DNA of 63,819 nucleotides, the filler included, from Rhabdomonas costata (taxonomy: Eukaryota), in NCBI GenBank assembly GCA_019059605.1. It is 42 parts of 42 records of this genome, joined end to end, with 100 filler letters (N's around TTAATTAATTAA, not from the genome) between each part and the next. Parts side by side here need not be neighbours in the genome. Positions count along the whole stretch, not along the records: positions 50,212 to 51,632 come from JAHMHO010016437.1; positions 51,733 to 53,153 come from JAHMHO010016438.1; positions 53,254 to 54,674 come from JAHMHO010016439.1; positions 54,775 to 56,195 come from JAHMHO010016440.1; positions 56,296 to 57,712 come from JAHMHO010016441.1; positions 57,813 to 59,232 come from JAHMHO010016442.1; positions 59,333 to 60,753 come from JAHMHO010016443.1; positions 60,854 to 62,299 come from JAHMHO010016444.1; 34 more parts are not named here. One strand, 5' to 3'. The translations under genes and the position numbers were made by a program. Below, one piece after another: positions 51,440-62,205 of the stretch. How positions within the stretch are numbered: position 1 is the stretch's first letter; each line of letters starts with the position of its first letter. The notes beneath the pieces were generated by a model. The model saw only the letters and a list, made by a program, of their open reading frames with translations. It ran no database searches and was not told the DNA's origin.

Positions 51440-51988
51440 GTTTCTCTCTGCCCTAGTCCCCTGCACTGCTCACGCTCGCCTCCTCGTCGAGTTAGACTCT
51501 CAAGTTTTCTTTTGTAAGGCTTTTCCATGTGATGTACCCTTGAAGCTGGACATTCACTAAGTGAACACTTACCCCCCCCCCAAAAAAAAGAGCCTCAAGT
51601 CCAGTGGACCTTCATGCAGGGCCCACACAAAANNNNNNNNNNNNNNNNNNNNNNNNNNNNNNNNNNNNNNNNNNNNTTAATTAATTAANNNNNNNNNNNN
51701 NNNNNNNNNNNNNNNNNNNNNNNNNNNNNNNNTGGTGTAGTTCCGAGGGCTGCCTCGTGCCTGAGCTGCTTGAGAGGTCGTACCGCACCAACGGCGAGGG
51801 CTTTCAGGATATATAGGGAGCTGGTGGGAGGCACCCTCGGAACTACACTGATCCATGAAACATCGCCGGCCAGGATTGCGCAAAGTGCTGCCTTGAAATC
51901 AGGACAAAAATGCTGGTTAAGGTGAAGCTGATCTCTGATCGATCAAATTTTCCCATCTTTCGGATCCTCTCGAAAAAAAAACCCTCAG

Positions 51989-52146
51989 ATAGCCACGTTA
52001 TTCCCGCCATGATTCGGAAGTTCCACGAGGGGAAGATCCAAAACGCCCCCTCTGTGGAGCTGTGGGGGACGGGGACCCCGCGGCGGGAGTTTGTGTACGT
52101 GGAGGACCTTGCCGAGGCTCTGGTGTACATGCTGGAGAAGTTCGAG
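51989..52146 (+). CDS. GFUS: GDP-L-fucose synthase exon
   Basis: SHVIPAMIRKFHEGK...VELWGTGTPRREFVYVEDLA is the diagnostic Fcl/GER1/TSTA3 segment; AG/GT bounded. Confidence 0.93.
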
Positions 52147-53877
52147 GTGACCCCGGGGGCCAGGGTACTGATGCCAGCGCGTGTGAGTTTTCTTTGTGGT
52201 GGCAGTGACGGTTCATAAGCAATTTAAATGACGGGCCCGCAGCCAATACAAGGCATAAAATAATGGATGCGCTGCGGCTTAGGAGCGAGTTGTTAATGAG
52301 CAATTTCATCCTGGCTTCTCATGTGTGGACCCCCTTCCCACCAGTTTCGAAGAATTGAACCAAGTTTCATGGGGTTTTTCAGCGGATTTTTGTGTCCTAA
52401 CGTCCTGAGAAAGAGAGAGAGCCCAGGTCTCTTTGATTAGAGGCTGCCCGCCACACAGCCTTTATAAGCCACAAGAGGAAGAGGGGATTTTAATTGAGAA
52501 TATACCATCACTGAGAATTCGGTCCTTGTTAGATTCGACCTCCCGGGCCACCAATCTTCACCAATCTTCCTCATTCCTCGCTCAAAGGGAGAGGGGTCAG
52601 GTCTTGCAAGGCTCAGGGAGCTGGTGAACGTGACCTTCAGTGGAGATTCCAAAAAGACTGGCGAAGGGCAGAGGTGATGCTTGCGTCCTCCTGAAGCTGA
52701 TAATAGAATCAGTGGGTTTGGACGAATGTCGGCGAAGGGGAGTCTGAGAAGATGGAAGAAGCCTCCCCGGGCCAACCCCGTGCACTGTAACACAATACAG
52801 TGTTCGTAATATATATAATTGCGGGCTGAAGGTTGTGCGTTGGAGGAACGCAATAGAACGCCCCTTATTTCACACAACTGCTGTCGTCGGGCGGTACACA
52901 ACCTGTTCTTGAGACACAGACACACACACCGTGCGGACTGAAGTTCTTGGGGGGCATTGAAGTTGCATGCGCGTCGGATTTTGGTGGTCGTCGTTTTTTT
53001 TTGCGTCGACGGGGACTTTGTGATACGGCTTAGTCACCACTCATTACCTCTCTCATCTCGCTTCTGTATTTCATCCATTGTAAAGTTCAAGAGAATTTAA
53101 CTTCACGGCAAAGTACGAAACGGCCACCAACGCCAAATTCCCGAAACACAACANNNNNNNNNNNNNNNNNNNNNNNNNNNNNNNNNNNNNNNNNNNNTTA
53201 ATTAATTAANNNNNNNNNNNNNNNNNNNNNNNNNNNNNNNNNNNNNNNNNNNNGGGGTGGGTGTCAGCATTTCTGCTTGCTAAGTCACATAGTTTCTTAG
53301 CTGGGTAACACCTTTTATTTGTTGCTGTCAATAGAAGCTGGTGGTTTGGGTGCTAGGAAGGCAGAAGTCCCCTGCAATTGCAAACATTCGACATTCGCTT
53401 TGCCGGGCAAAGCGGGCGCAGCACTGATGCTCGATGCTCGTAATCTGGACGAAGGGAGGAAGTGATCGATCACCTGTGGGAACCTTACCGACTCCGACGC
53501 AATCGCATAATGGGGCGCGGGTGGGGTGATGTGAACGATCCTGCCGTGCTTATTTGCTGCTCTGCTAAAGAATGCTTTTCAAACCCCTTTACCCATTCCA
53601 AGGCTGCAGCATCACGTCTGGTGGTGTACTGCACCGGTGGTTAGGCACATGCCCTTGCTCCGAATACAAATCACATCACAGTCACATCACATACGAAACG
53701 TATTACATGCAAAGGATGCAATAGTGGTGGTTCTGCCATGCAAATTTGGCCGACGATGACAATGTCAACGGCGAAGACCAGCAAGTCTATATTTCCAAAC
53801 AACAAACCCCCAGCACAAGAACTGCACATATCCTCTCATTCTCCTGGCTGCCTCGCCTCCCCGTACCTTGGCGGCAG

Positions 53878-54376
53878 GCGGTCCATCCTGCTGTGCAGCA
53901 ACCACGCCGGGGTGCGAACGTTCCTGCAGCACATCCTGAATCGGGCCGTGCTGGTGTGGCACGCGAAGGTCTGCTTTTCCTGTGCTCGTCTCAAGTTTTT
54001 CCTTACTTAAGGTTGTTGTATTGGGGGGGGGGGGCGTTAAAAGTTTAACTCCGTAAAAACGGTAAAAATTTTAATCCGTAAAAATTGGTATCTTGGGAAC
54101 AGTAGAACAGTATACCTAAATCCCTTCGAAAAATAGTGTCATCCAGTGGGTTGAGGCACACTTTATGTAAACCCCGTGCTAGAAAATAGCTTCCCCCGAA
54201 AAAGTCAGAATTATGGTTTAAAGTTTAAATTATGGTTTTGGTATTCTGTTGGAACCATTTTTTTGCAGGCCTACCTGCACTGGTATACTCGCTACGGGCT
54301 TACCGAGGAGCACCTGTTGTGGAGTTTTCAGACGATTCAGGGGGTCATCGAGGCCTACCCCAACCTCCCGTCTTGA
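53878..54376 (+). CDS. Divergent tubulin C-terminus, zeta/delta type (exons 53878-53968, 54269-54376)
   Basis: RSILLCSNHAGV...ILNRAVLVWHAK|AYLHWYTRYGLTEEHLLWSFQTIQGVIEAY* corresponds to tubulin S10-H11-H12 and has no acidic tail. Confidence 0.85.
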
Positions 54377-55077
54377 GGCTTCGATACCTGGCACGTTCAC
54401 CGGTCAGGCAAGCAGGGGAAAGGTTCCCCAACGGGAGATCACGGTCCAGTTTCCTGTGCAACGCCGTCTGCGATGTTTGACTGGAACCCCGGCTTCCGGG
54501 TTCAGCAGGAACAAAACCCATCAGTGGTGCCTTTGCGGGAGAACTTGACATCTCATGTCTTTGCTCACACAAACTCTCACTGCTTGTATTGTGTTTATGC
54601 GTCACTGCGTCCCTGGGTTTTAGCACACACACATTCACACATTTAGTCGCTTATTGCCTCTCGGAGTTGAAAGANNNNNNNNNNNNNNNNNNNNNNNNNN
54701 NNNNNNNNNNNNNNNNNNTTAATTAATTAANNNNNNNNNNNNNNNNNNNNNNNNNNNNNNNNNNNNNNNNNNNNGAGACTTCCTTCTGTTCCTTCTGTTT
54801 TGCTTTATCCAGCTTCGCTGTGATGCTTTCGGTGCTGCCTTGCGGCCTCCTCCTCCTCCAAGCCCGTGTTCTCGCTGGCTCTCCGCGTCGCGGCCTTGTG
54901 CCTCCTTCTCCACCTTCCCCTGCTCTTCCGCCGATGGGGTGGATTTACCCTGAAAGCCAGGGCCTGCGAGGGCAACCCATACGTCCGTGGTCTCTTAATT
55001 TCCGGGCGCGGCTGTGTAACACCTGGAGGGTGTACCTTAATTCCATAAAGGGGGTCTATATACCAACTATAACCTCG

Positions 55078-55109
55078 CCCTAACCCTAACCCGAACCCGA
55101 ACCCGAACC
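55078..55109. repeat. Interstitial telomere-like repeat (CCCTAA)2(CCCGAA)3
   Basis: Read directly; flanked by inverted repeat ATAAAGGGG (55045-55053) / CCCCTTTAT (55111-55119). Confidence 0.8.
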
Positions 55110-55948
55110 GCCCCTTTATAGCTGTGATATGATTGGTTGAGAATTTGCTCCGTGTTGTGTGAAACCGAGGAACAGTGAAGATTTCATATACAATTGGAAA
55201 ACGGGACTGCGGAAAAGTGGAAACGCAAGGACGCCGTATGGTCGTCTGGATGTGCCCTGTCCTGCTCAGTACCGAAACTTTCGATTATTCTATTATCACA
55301 GTCGATATTACTGTGACTCCCAGAGATGCCAATTGCCGATGACCACCACAACCGAGACATGCCACCGGTCACCACTGCATCGACATCACGGTCTGTTGGT
55401 TATGTCATAGCCTAGCCTCCATCACTGCGTCTTTCTTCCTACGCCCGACACGCAGGGTAGGGTATCTCACTGCTACTCCATACGCATATGGTTAGCCAAC
55501 ACGAGTTGTCAGCATCGCTGATTGTCATCTCCAACATAAACGCCTCGGCTCAACTTCGCGGTGTTTTCGTTTACGCGTGGTGTTGGCCTCGTGAGTTGTG
55601 CTTCGATGTATTCGTGTGTGAGTAATGTGGGACGTCCCCTGATCGCAGTCCGAGCTCATTCGCTGTCATCATATTACGTTTGCGCTACACCACCACTCAG
55701 TGCTTGATCGTACACAGTGCGAGGTCGTAACCGTTACTGGGTGTCATACTCCTTCACCTGTGCATAACCCACTTACCCCACAGACTTCGACACCAGATGC
55801 AGCAATCACGACGCCAACCGACACAGCCACCCAGAGCCACTTTGGAAAAGCATTTAATTATCCTCCCGCCTCCCTGCCCTCTCTTTGCTCCTCGGTTTGC
55901 AGTCCTTTCTCAAGCCATCCCACACACTGCTACCAAAAAAGAAGCATA

Positions 55949-56036
55949 ATGAGGTTCCGAGGGTTGCGCTTTGTTGGCCTTGGGCTAGCTGTTGCGCTAT
56001 TGCTGGGGAACGCGGCGGAGGCCAACCTCCTTCACG
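55949..56036 (+). CDS. First exon of a secreted protein (signal peptide)
   Basis: MRFRGLRFVGLGLAVALLLGNAAEA-NLLH has a basic n-region, hydrophobic core and AxA cleavage site, followed by a |gtgcct donor. Confidence 0.6.
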
Positions 56037-56295
56037 GTGCCTTTTCCCCGCCCTTACCCTGCTCAATTGCAGGGCCTCAGCCTGTCATGTCCTCTCTTCA
56101 TGAAACGCTTCTGCGTTTTCACCCTGCAAAATTTTGCTTGGTGATTGCACTGATCTCGATCAGTGTTTCAAGAACTGCGCACTGAACAAAACCACNNNNN
56201 NNNNNNNNNNNNNNNNNNNNNNNNNNNNNNNNNNNNNNNTTAATTAATTAANNNNNNNNNNNNNNNNNNNNNNNNNNNNNNNNNNNNNNNNNNNN

Positions 56296-57712
56296 GGGGT
56301 TGGGTAAGCTCACCCCGCGGCGGATGGCCTCCTCAAGGCCACGGCGCGACCGCGCGTAGCGGAAGGGGTAGTCCCCACCCAGCATCAGGTACTGCCGACA
56401 AACCCCCACAAATTACTACCAAGAAGAGAATGTATCTCCGAGACAGCCCAATCTCGGAAACCCCCAAAGATTGCAACATTAGTCAAGATTAGGCCCACGA
56501 AGGGCAGAGATACATACCTGTTACACGTACATGTTACGCGTTCAGCAATAATTAATTAATTAACGCTTGAGACGCCTTTTGGAGAAACGTTTTGGGATCG
56601 GGGACACAATTCTACGGCGGTCGGTGGTGACACAGAATAGCAGAGACAGATGCTCAAAAACATGAGAAGGGCAGCAACGGCGCGGAGGGGGGGTTGAGGC
56701 ATGCCACTGTGACGCCCACGGCAAAAATGTCCAGCTTCTGAATGTCCGTGCGAGTGGTCACCATGGGCTTCACCCGAGAGGCCACCAGAATCTCGGGGGC
56801 CAGGAACTTCGTAGCTCCCAGGGGGGTGGTTGCGATGACGTCCGACTCGGCTCTGTCCCCCCCCCCCACACACACACGTACACAAAGCACGCCCTCCAAA
56901 CACCTGCAAACAAGCAGCACACAACCGATCCCTGCTGCGCATCCAGGTGGGTGAGAAAGGTCTTGATCACGGCCTATAAAACTATTGGGCACAAGAAACT
57001 GGATTTTTCCAAATGAGCAAGCAAACTATTGTAGTGAGAACGCATCCGCACGCACATCCACATCAATCACACATACTGGGCATTCAAGCCACCTTCCCGC
57101 TGATGGTGGTAGTGGTGGTGGCCGAAGTACTTCGCAAAGCCGAAATCTAAGAAAGAGAACAGTTTGGGGGTTTGGGGCAACTCATCTGCTCTGCTCACAA
57201 TTTCGATCCAGCTCTCAATGAATATCAGCAAATTAAATAGCAGGGCACACAAAGTGGAAGCAACCAGAAACTGCTCACACCAATCAGCTTGACTTCCAGC
57301 GTCTTCACATCCACAAGGATGTTGTCGGGCTGCGGAGAGAAAACGAATGACAATTGGGTGAATGACACCAGAGGAGCCAGATAGACAGACGGCAAATGTC
57401 GTTAGTAGGGCTTTTCTTGGATACGGAATCGGGGGCTTCCTTCACGGGAAAGTGCAATTGCTGCAGAGGTTTATCTGTGGAGGCCCTGGAACTACCAATT
57501 ACGGCCGAAGGATGCGAATGCAAGACGCATCGTGCGTCAGAAAAGATGTATTAGGGCAACATTAGAACGACAAACGAGTGCCTTGGGTGGCAAGCATTTA
57601 CAATAGGGGAGCAAACGCTGAAGGAACCGGGAGCCGTCGGAAGAGCCGAAGCAGCGAGCACGAGAGAGAGAGAGAGAGAGAGAGAGAGGAGCACCACCTT
57701 GAGATCGCGGTG
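56296..57712 (-). CDS. Ser/Thr protein kinase, subdomains VIb-X (exons 57712-57698, 57329-57281, 57146-57093, an uncertain exon near 56974-56920, 56852-56705, 56391-56296)
   Basis: HRDLK|PDNILVDVKTLEVKLI|DFGFAK...TPLGATKFLAPE...KLDIFAVGVTV|YLMLGGDYPF. Confidence 0.93.
57662..57688. repeat. (GA)13 microsatellite in a kinase intron
   Basis: Read directly from the sequence. Confidence 0.95.
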
Positions 57713-57899
57713 NNNNNNNNNNNNNNNNNNNNNNNNNNNNNNNNNNNNNNNNNNNNTTAATTAATTAANNNNNNNNNNNNNNNNNNNNNNNNNNNNNNNN
57801 NNNNNNNNNNNNGTTTTTTGTTAACTATTTTAATCAACTGCGCACCCTTGTTGTGCAGCAATTTGATGACACCCTTTAGTCATCTTGTATTGTTGTCCA

Positions 57900-59091
57900 C
57901 GACTTCGGAAGGTGTACCAAACCAAGAATTTTCTCCGTGCGCGCACCTCTCCTTGTAAAGGAAACACCCCCCGTTTCCCCACTCCCACGGTTTCGCGGCG
58001 TTGTTTCATGCTTCTCTGTGTCGTGGACCATTGGACGATGGACATGGTTGCTGCGATAAGATGAATTGATGAAAAACCAAGAATTGCTTTGCGCTTCGCC
58101 ATCACACTCGGTTACGACGAAACCGCTGCTCAACCTCCAAATCTGTGAATTCACAATTTCAATTTCAAATAGCTTTCTTGCCGCTGAGGATGAGTTACCT
58201 GTGAGCATTGCGAAAAGCTAGCAACTCACCCAATTTCACACCAGAGCCGAGATCGATGATGTACGAGTTCCCTTCGCAGTGGTGCACGATTGCGCAGTGA
58301 ACCCTGGACGCGGTCCAGCATGGGGTCCAAACATCACACGCACCTGCGCCGAAGAACCCCGCCTCCCTCAATACCGTCCCCAATTTTCTCGTGTACGTCC
58401 ATCTTTAATTGTTTGCCAGTCACGTGAAACAGTGAGCTTGCATTTCCTCTCTGTTTCGGACGAAACCATGAACCATGGAAACGCAACTGTGCTTACCCAC
58501 GGCTGAGATAACTTGAAGCAACCAACACCCCGGTTTCGTGGTTTCGGGGTGGTGGTTCTGATTTGAAATGCTCCACTGCGGTGTTCAAAAAGCGGAACAA
58601 GATTGAAAAGGAAAGAGCAGCCACGCGACCGGTCGAGAGTGAAGAGTGGGAAATGGCCCGCCCCACAGCGTTTCGAAGGGAGTTTAACCTACTGGCCTCC
58701 GTCTGTTTGCTCGAGTGGACCCATGCTGGCAGTGAGCGAGTGAATAGTCGCTCATCGCGAAGCAACACAGTAAAAACAAACGATCAAATGGCGGAGCATG
58801 AGAGACTGTCAGATTTCTTGTTCAGAAGATGGATACTTCTTCTGTGAAAGTTTGATTCTGGTGTTGAGAATGCGCGTCCTTGACAAGAGCGGGGAGGTCC
58901 ACTGTACCTTACGAGGACCCCCTTATCGAATAGGGCCACGTTATCGATGTCTTCATTGGCTTCCCAGATAGCGTTCCCACCCCAGAAGGCCGTTTCGCCC
59001 ACACACTAACCCACTCATCCGTCAAGGTCCAGCAACAGGCAGATTCTTGGACAGCACCGTTCGGCGCTAACCTCAGGGAAATCAAACGCAT
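57900..59091 (-). mobile_element. Decayed Ty3/Gypsy-type integrase with GPY/F-like and chromodomain-like C-terminus
   Basis: In the expected order across shifting frames: LTDEWVSVWAKRP, GVLVRYSGPPRSCQGRA, TPFETLWGGP (58683-58654), AIVHHCEGNSYIIDLG, LFEIEIVNSQ...GEAQSNSW. Confidence 0.55.
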
Positions 59092-60037
59092 TCAGCTCTT
59101 ACATTTTATCACACCTTTCTCCCGTCAAAATAACAAATCACCTATTAGAGAATAGTGTTCTTTCGTTTTTATTCTCCCACGCGGGCGCGCACGCACAAGC
59201 ACACGCACACGCACACGCACACGCACACCAACNNNNNNNNNNNNNNNNNNNNNNNNNNNNNNNNNNNNNNNNNNNNTTAATTAATTAANNNNNNNNNNNN
59301 NNNNNNNNNNNNNNNNNNNNNNNNNNNNNNNNCAAAGGTTGAAATAAGACGTGTCGTGGACTGCTTGAAAGCTTTTGTTATTGTTCCTCCCTTCAAACTG
59401 TACTGTTTTCCCGCACTCACGTTCTCCTCTTCTCTTTGCATCTGTGCGGCTGTTATGTGCGCCGGACTTTGAACACTTGGAGAGATCCTCTGGAGAGAGT
59501 TGGTTGTCATCTCTAAAATAAGACCTAGCTTTCAATAAAGTCCCTTCAGGTCGCTTACCGTGAATGCCCCACTCGGCCGTGCCTCTGATGAGCTTTTTCG
59601 TTCTATTATCCCATACTTTCATGGAACCAACTGACGTTGGAAAATCTGCTGATGAGTTTGCAGGCAGCAGAACGTAGTTCTTCTTAATGTCGGGCGCTGA
59701 GTCCGCAGGGTACTGCGAACCTGACGGATATCGATGGAAAGATGCAGCGGGCGGTTGCGTGCATAGCGTCCCAGCAGTGTGGGCCGAAGACTGTCACTTC
59801 TGTTCATTTCTGTTGCAGTTTAATACGTGCGTCCTCGGGTATCTCGCTCCTCTCACGCTTGCGTTTATGTCGCCCGTCCATTGCAGCAAAAGGACGCTTG
59901 TGACCACGTTTTGTTTTCTTTCACTCAGCGGTCCGTTACCGAAGAGGGAATGTTCTGGGTGATGAAGCTCTTGTGTGCCTGCGCAGATCACTGCTTTGCG
60001 GTCGCCTCTCTCCCACGGATTTCCACGGCTCCCACAG

Positions 60038-60640
60038 CGAGCCCAGACGAAGCTCCGAGGTCCTGCACAACTGGAGCATGCTACCCCGGCTGACTGTGAA
60101 CACCCTCGCAGAGTTCTACGAGAAGGTTAGCACGTGTTTGGTGGTGGTTGAAAAGGATGGGTGGTACATGTGTGCTTCTATGTGAGGTGTGTTTTCCCGT
60201 GAGCGGATCTGTGAAGGCGTGAGAGCTCCCGGCTTTGGGCTGTATGATGTCCATGATGAAGCTCACAGAACCCCATTTCTGGATCCACATAAGAACCTCG
60301 ACAGCTGTTTTTGCTTCCTTGCTTGCTTGTCACGCTGCTGGTGTGTTTGCCGCTTCTTTGGGACATTTGGCTCTCACATTCAGCTCTATGAATTCGACGG
60401 GAACGGTGGAGAAAACGGAAGCCATGCTCGGAACCCTGTAGGTCCGGTGGCGCAACTCCCTATGGTGATCTCCCTATGGGCTCGTTCTCTGGGGGAGGCT
60501 GCTGTGATCTGTGCACCGCATCCCAATTCTCATCCTCTCTCTTCCATAGGACCTGGCCACTTTGTCTTGGGGGACCTGGAGGACGCCACGCGGTGGTTCG
60601 AGAATGCTCAGCGCGCGGTGCCTGAGGACGGCCCTACTCT
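60038..60640 (+). CDS. Probable C-terminal TPR-like helices of a bacterial-type adenylate cyclase (exons 60038-60125, 60550-~60640)
   Basis: LAEFYEK|...HFVLGDLEDATRWFENAQRAVPEDGPT resembles the Y..GL..Y..GD...A...F.......P.DGP tail of bacterial class III cyclases. The two exons are one base out of phase. Confidence 0.45.
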
Positions 60641-62117
60641 GGCCACTCCCCGGGCACGGCTTGGGTGATCCGGTTTGAACAGAAGCGAGCTTTGCCAGCG
60701 ACCCCCAGTCGTCCCCCTTCAGATTGCAGTTGGGGCATTAGCGCTTCCCGTTGNNNNNNNNNNNNNNNNNNNNNNNNNNNNNNNNNNNNNNNNNNNNTTA
60801 ATTAATTAANNNNNNNNNNNNNNNNNNNNNNNNNNNNNNNNNNNNNNNNNNNNTTGTGGGTGTGTTTGGTTGTGGTGTTCCCTTCTTTCAAGATCAGTTT
60901 ACAGGGGTTTTGCAGAAGGGGCAAAAGGAGGTTTTTGACAATCCACTGGTTGTTGGGAGAGTCCAGGTTGATCTTCCGTGGCAGTGTCCCTTGAGATGTC
61001 GGCAATACTCCAAGCAGCTGGCTTTGCCAACAGCTGGCATAGGAGGAGCTGGTCCGCACGTGACAACAGTGGTGTCTCTCCATTGCAAAAGGATAAGTCT
61101 GAATCCGAATCGGTCACTGGAACTCCAGAGAGACGATCGCCAGGTGGTGCAAATCACACCGCACCGTGCGCCGCCGATTCCGCCAGTGCAATACATGCGA
61201 CCGAATCCTGTACCGCCATTCAGCCCATCACCCCCCGTGGCAAAGGGTATCCAACATACGGCACCCCTCAGGGACCTCTTTTCTTCGCTCTCAGTTCTCG
61301 AGTCCCAGCATTACTGACATTTTCCCTTGGGGGGGGGGGGAATCGCTTAACGTTAAACCCATTAACTGACATGCACACTCCATGGAATGGCTTGGACCCC
61401 CTCAGAATACAATACTGCTTCACTTATGCACCGATTAAGAAGCACGAAGCTCCAATGCTGAGTGGATTACCAGAGAGGAGAGGGATGTCGGAATGGCTAC
61501 CAATGTATTTCTGTCTCTTCCTCTACGAGGCCAATGGGTGTCTGAACCAAGAAAGCAGGTGCTTCCAATCTGCAGTTGAATTGCAAAAAAGCTCCTGAGT
61601 CTCATCCGCAGGGAAAACGTCTCTCTCTGATAAGGACTACATCCTCCAAGCAAAGCCCCAATAACCGGAACTGTGGGCAAAAAGGCACGGCAAGCGCACC
61701 AAAACAATGCCGAAGTTTCGGCGTTCAAAGGTTTAGAACCGGGTCGGGGTAGGGAATGGGGAAAGCCTGGACTCAAAAAGAGACCAGGACACAATCCAGG
61801 AATGCGAGAAGAGAAATTTGGGAAGGGAAACAAGAGGTGGGTAGCCTCCATCGGAGGTCGGAGGATCTTTTTAATGCGGCCCCGGCCCTGTCTTTGCGAG
61901 GACGTGAAGACTTTGAGATCTCGAAAAATAGAAGAAAAGGGGAATTGATCGGAAACGGTGCACCTTTTCCCTGGTTTGCTTTGGCAATTGCTTGTGATTG
62001 GGAAGTCAGGTGTTATCGCTTTTGATGTCAGGCGGGCCAAGTTTTGCGAGGGTATTGCGAAACAGCCAAAATTGCATTCAGACGTCCGTCGTCGAAAAGA
62101 CAGGGCCACCCGGGCTC

Positions 62118-62150
62118 TGACTGACAGTGTGTGTTGGGCGCATTGACTGA

Positions 62151-62197
<47 letters not shown>

Positions 62198-62205
62198 GGG
62201 CGCAT
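62118..62205. repeat. Tandem duplication of TGACTGACA(GT)nTGGGCGCAT with n=4 and n=22
   Basis: Two adjacent units with identical flanks and different microsatellite length. Confidence 0.85.

Noticed and set aside
32333..52146. Apparent biosynthetic cluster (epimerase, ABC transporter, PKS, GDP-fucose synthase)
   Set aside because: Each gene is on a different contig, so adjacency is artificial.
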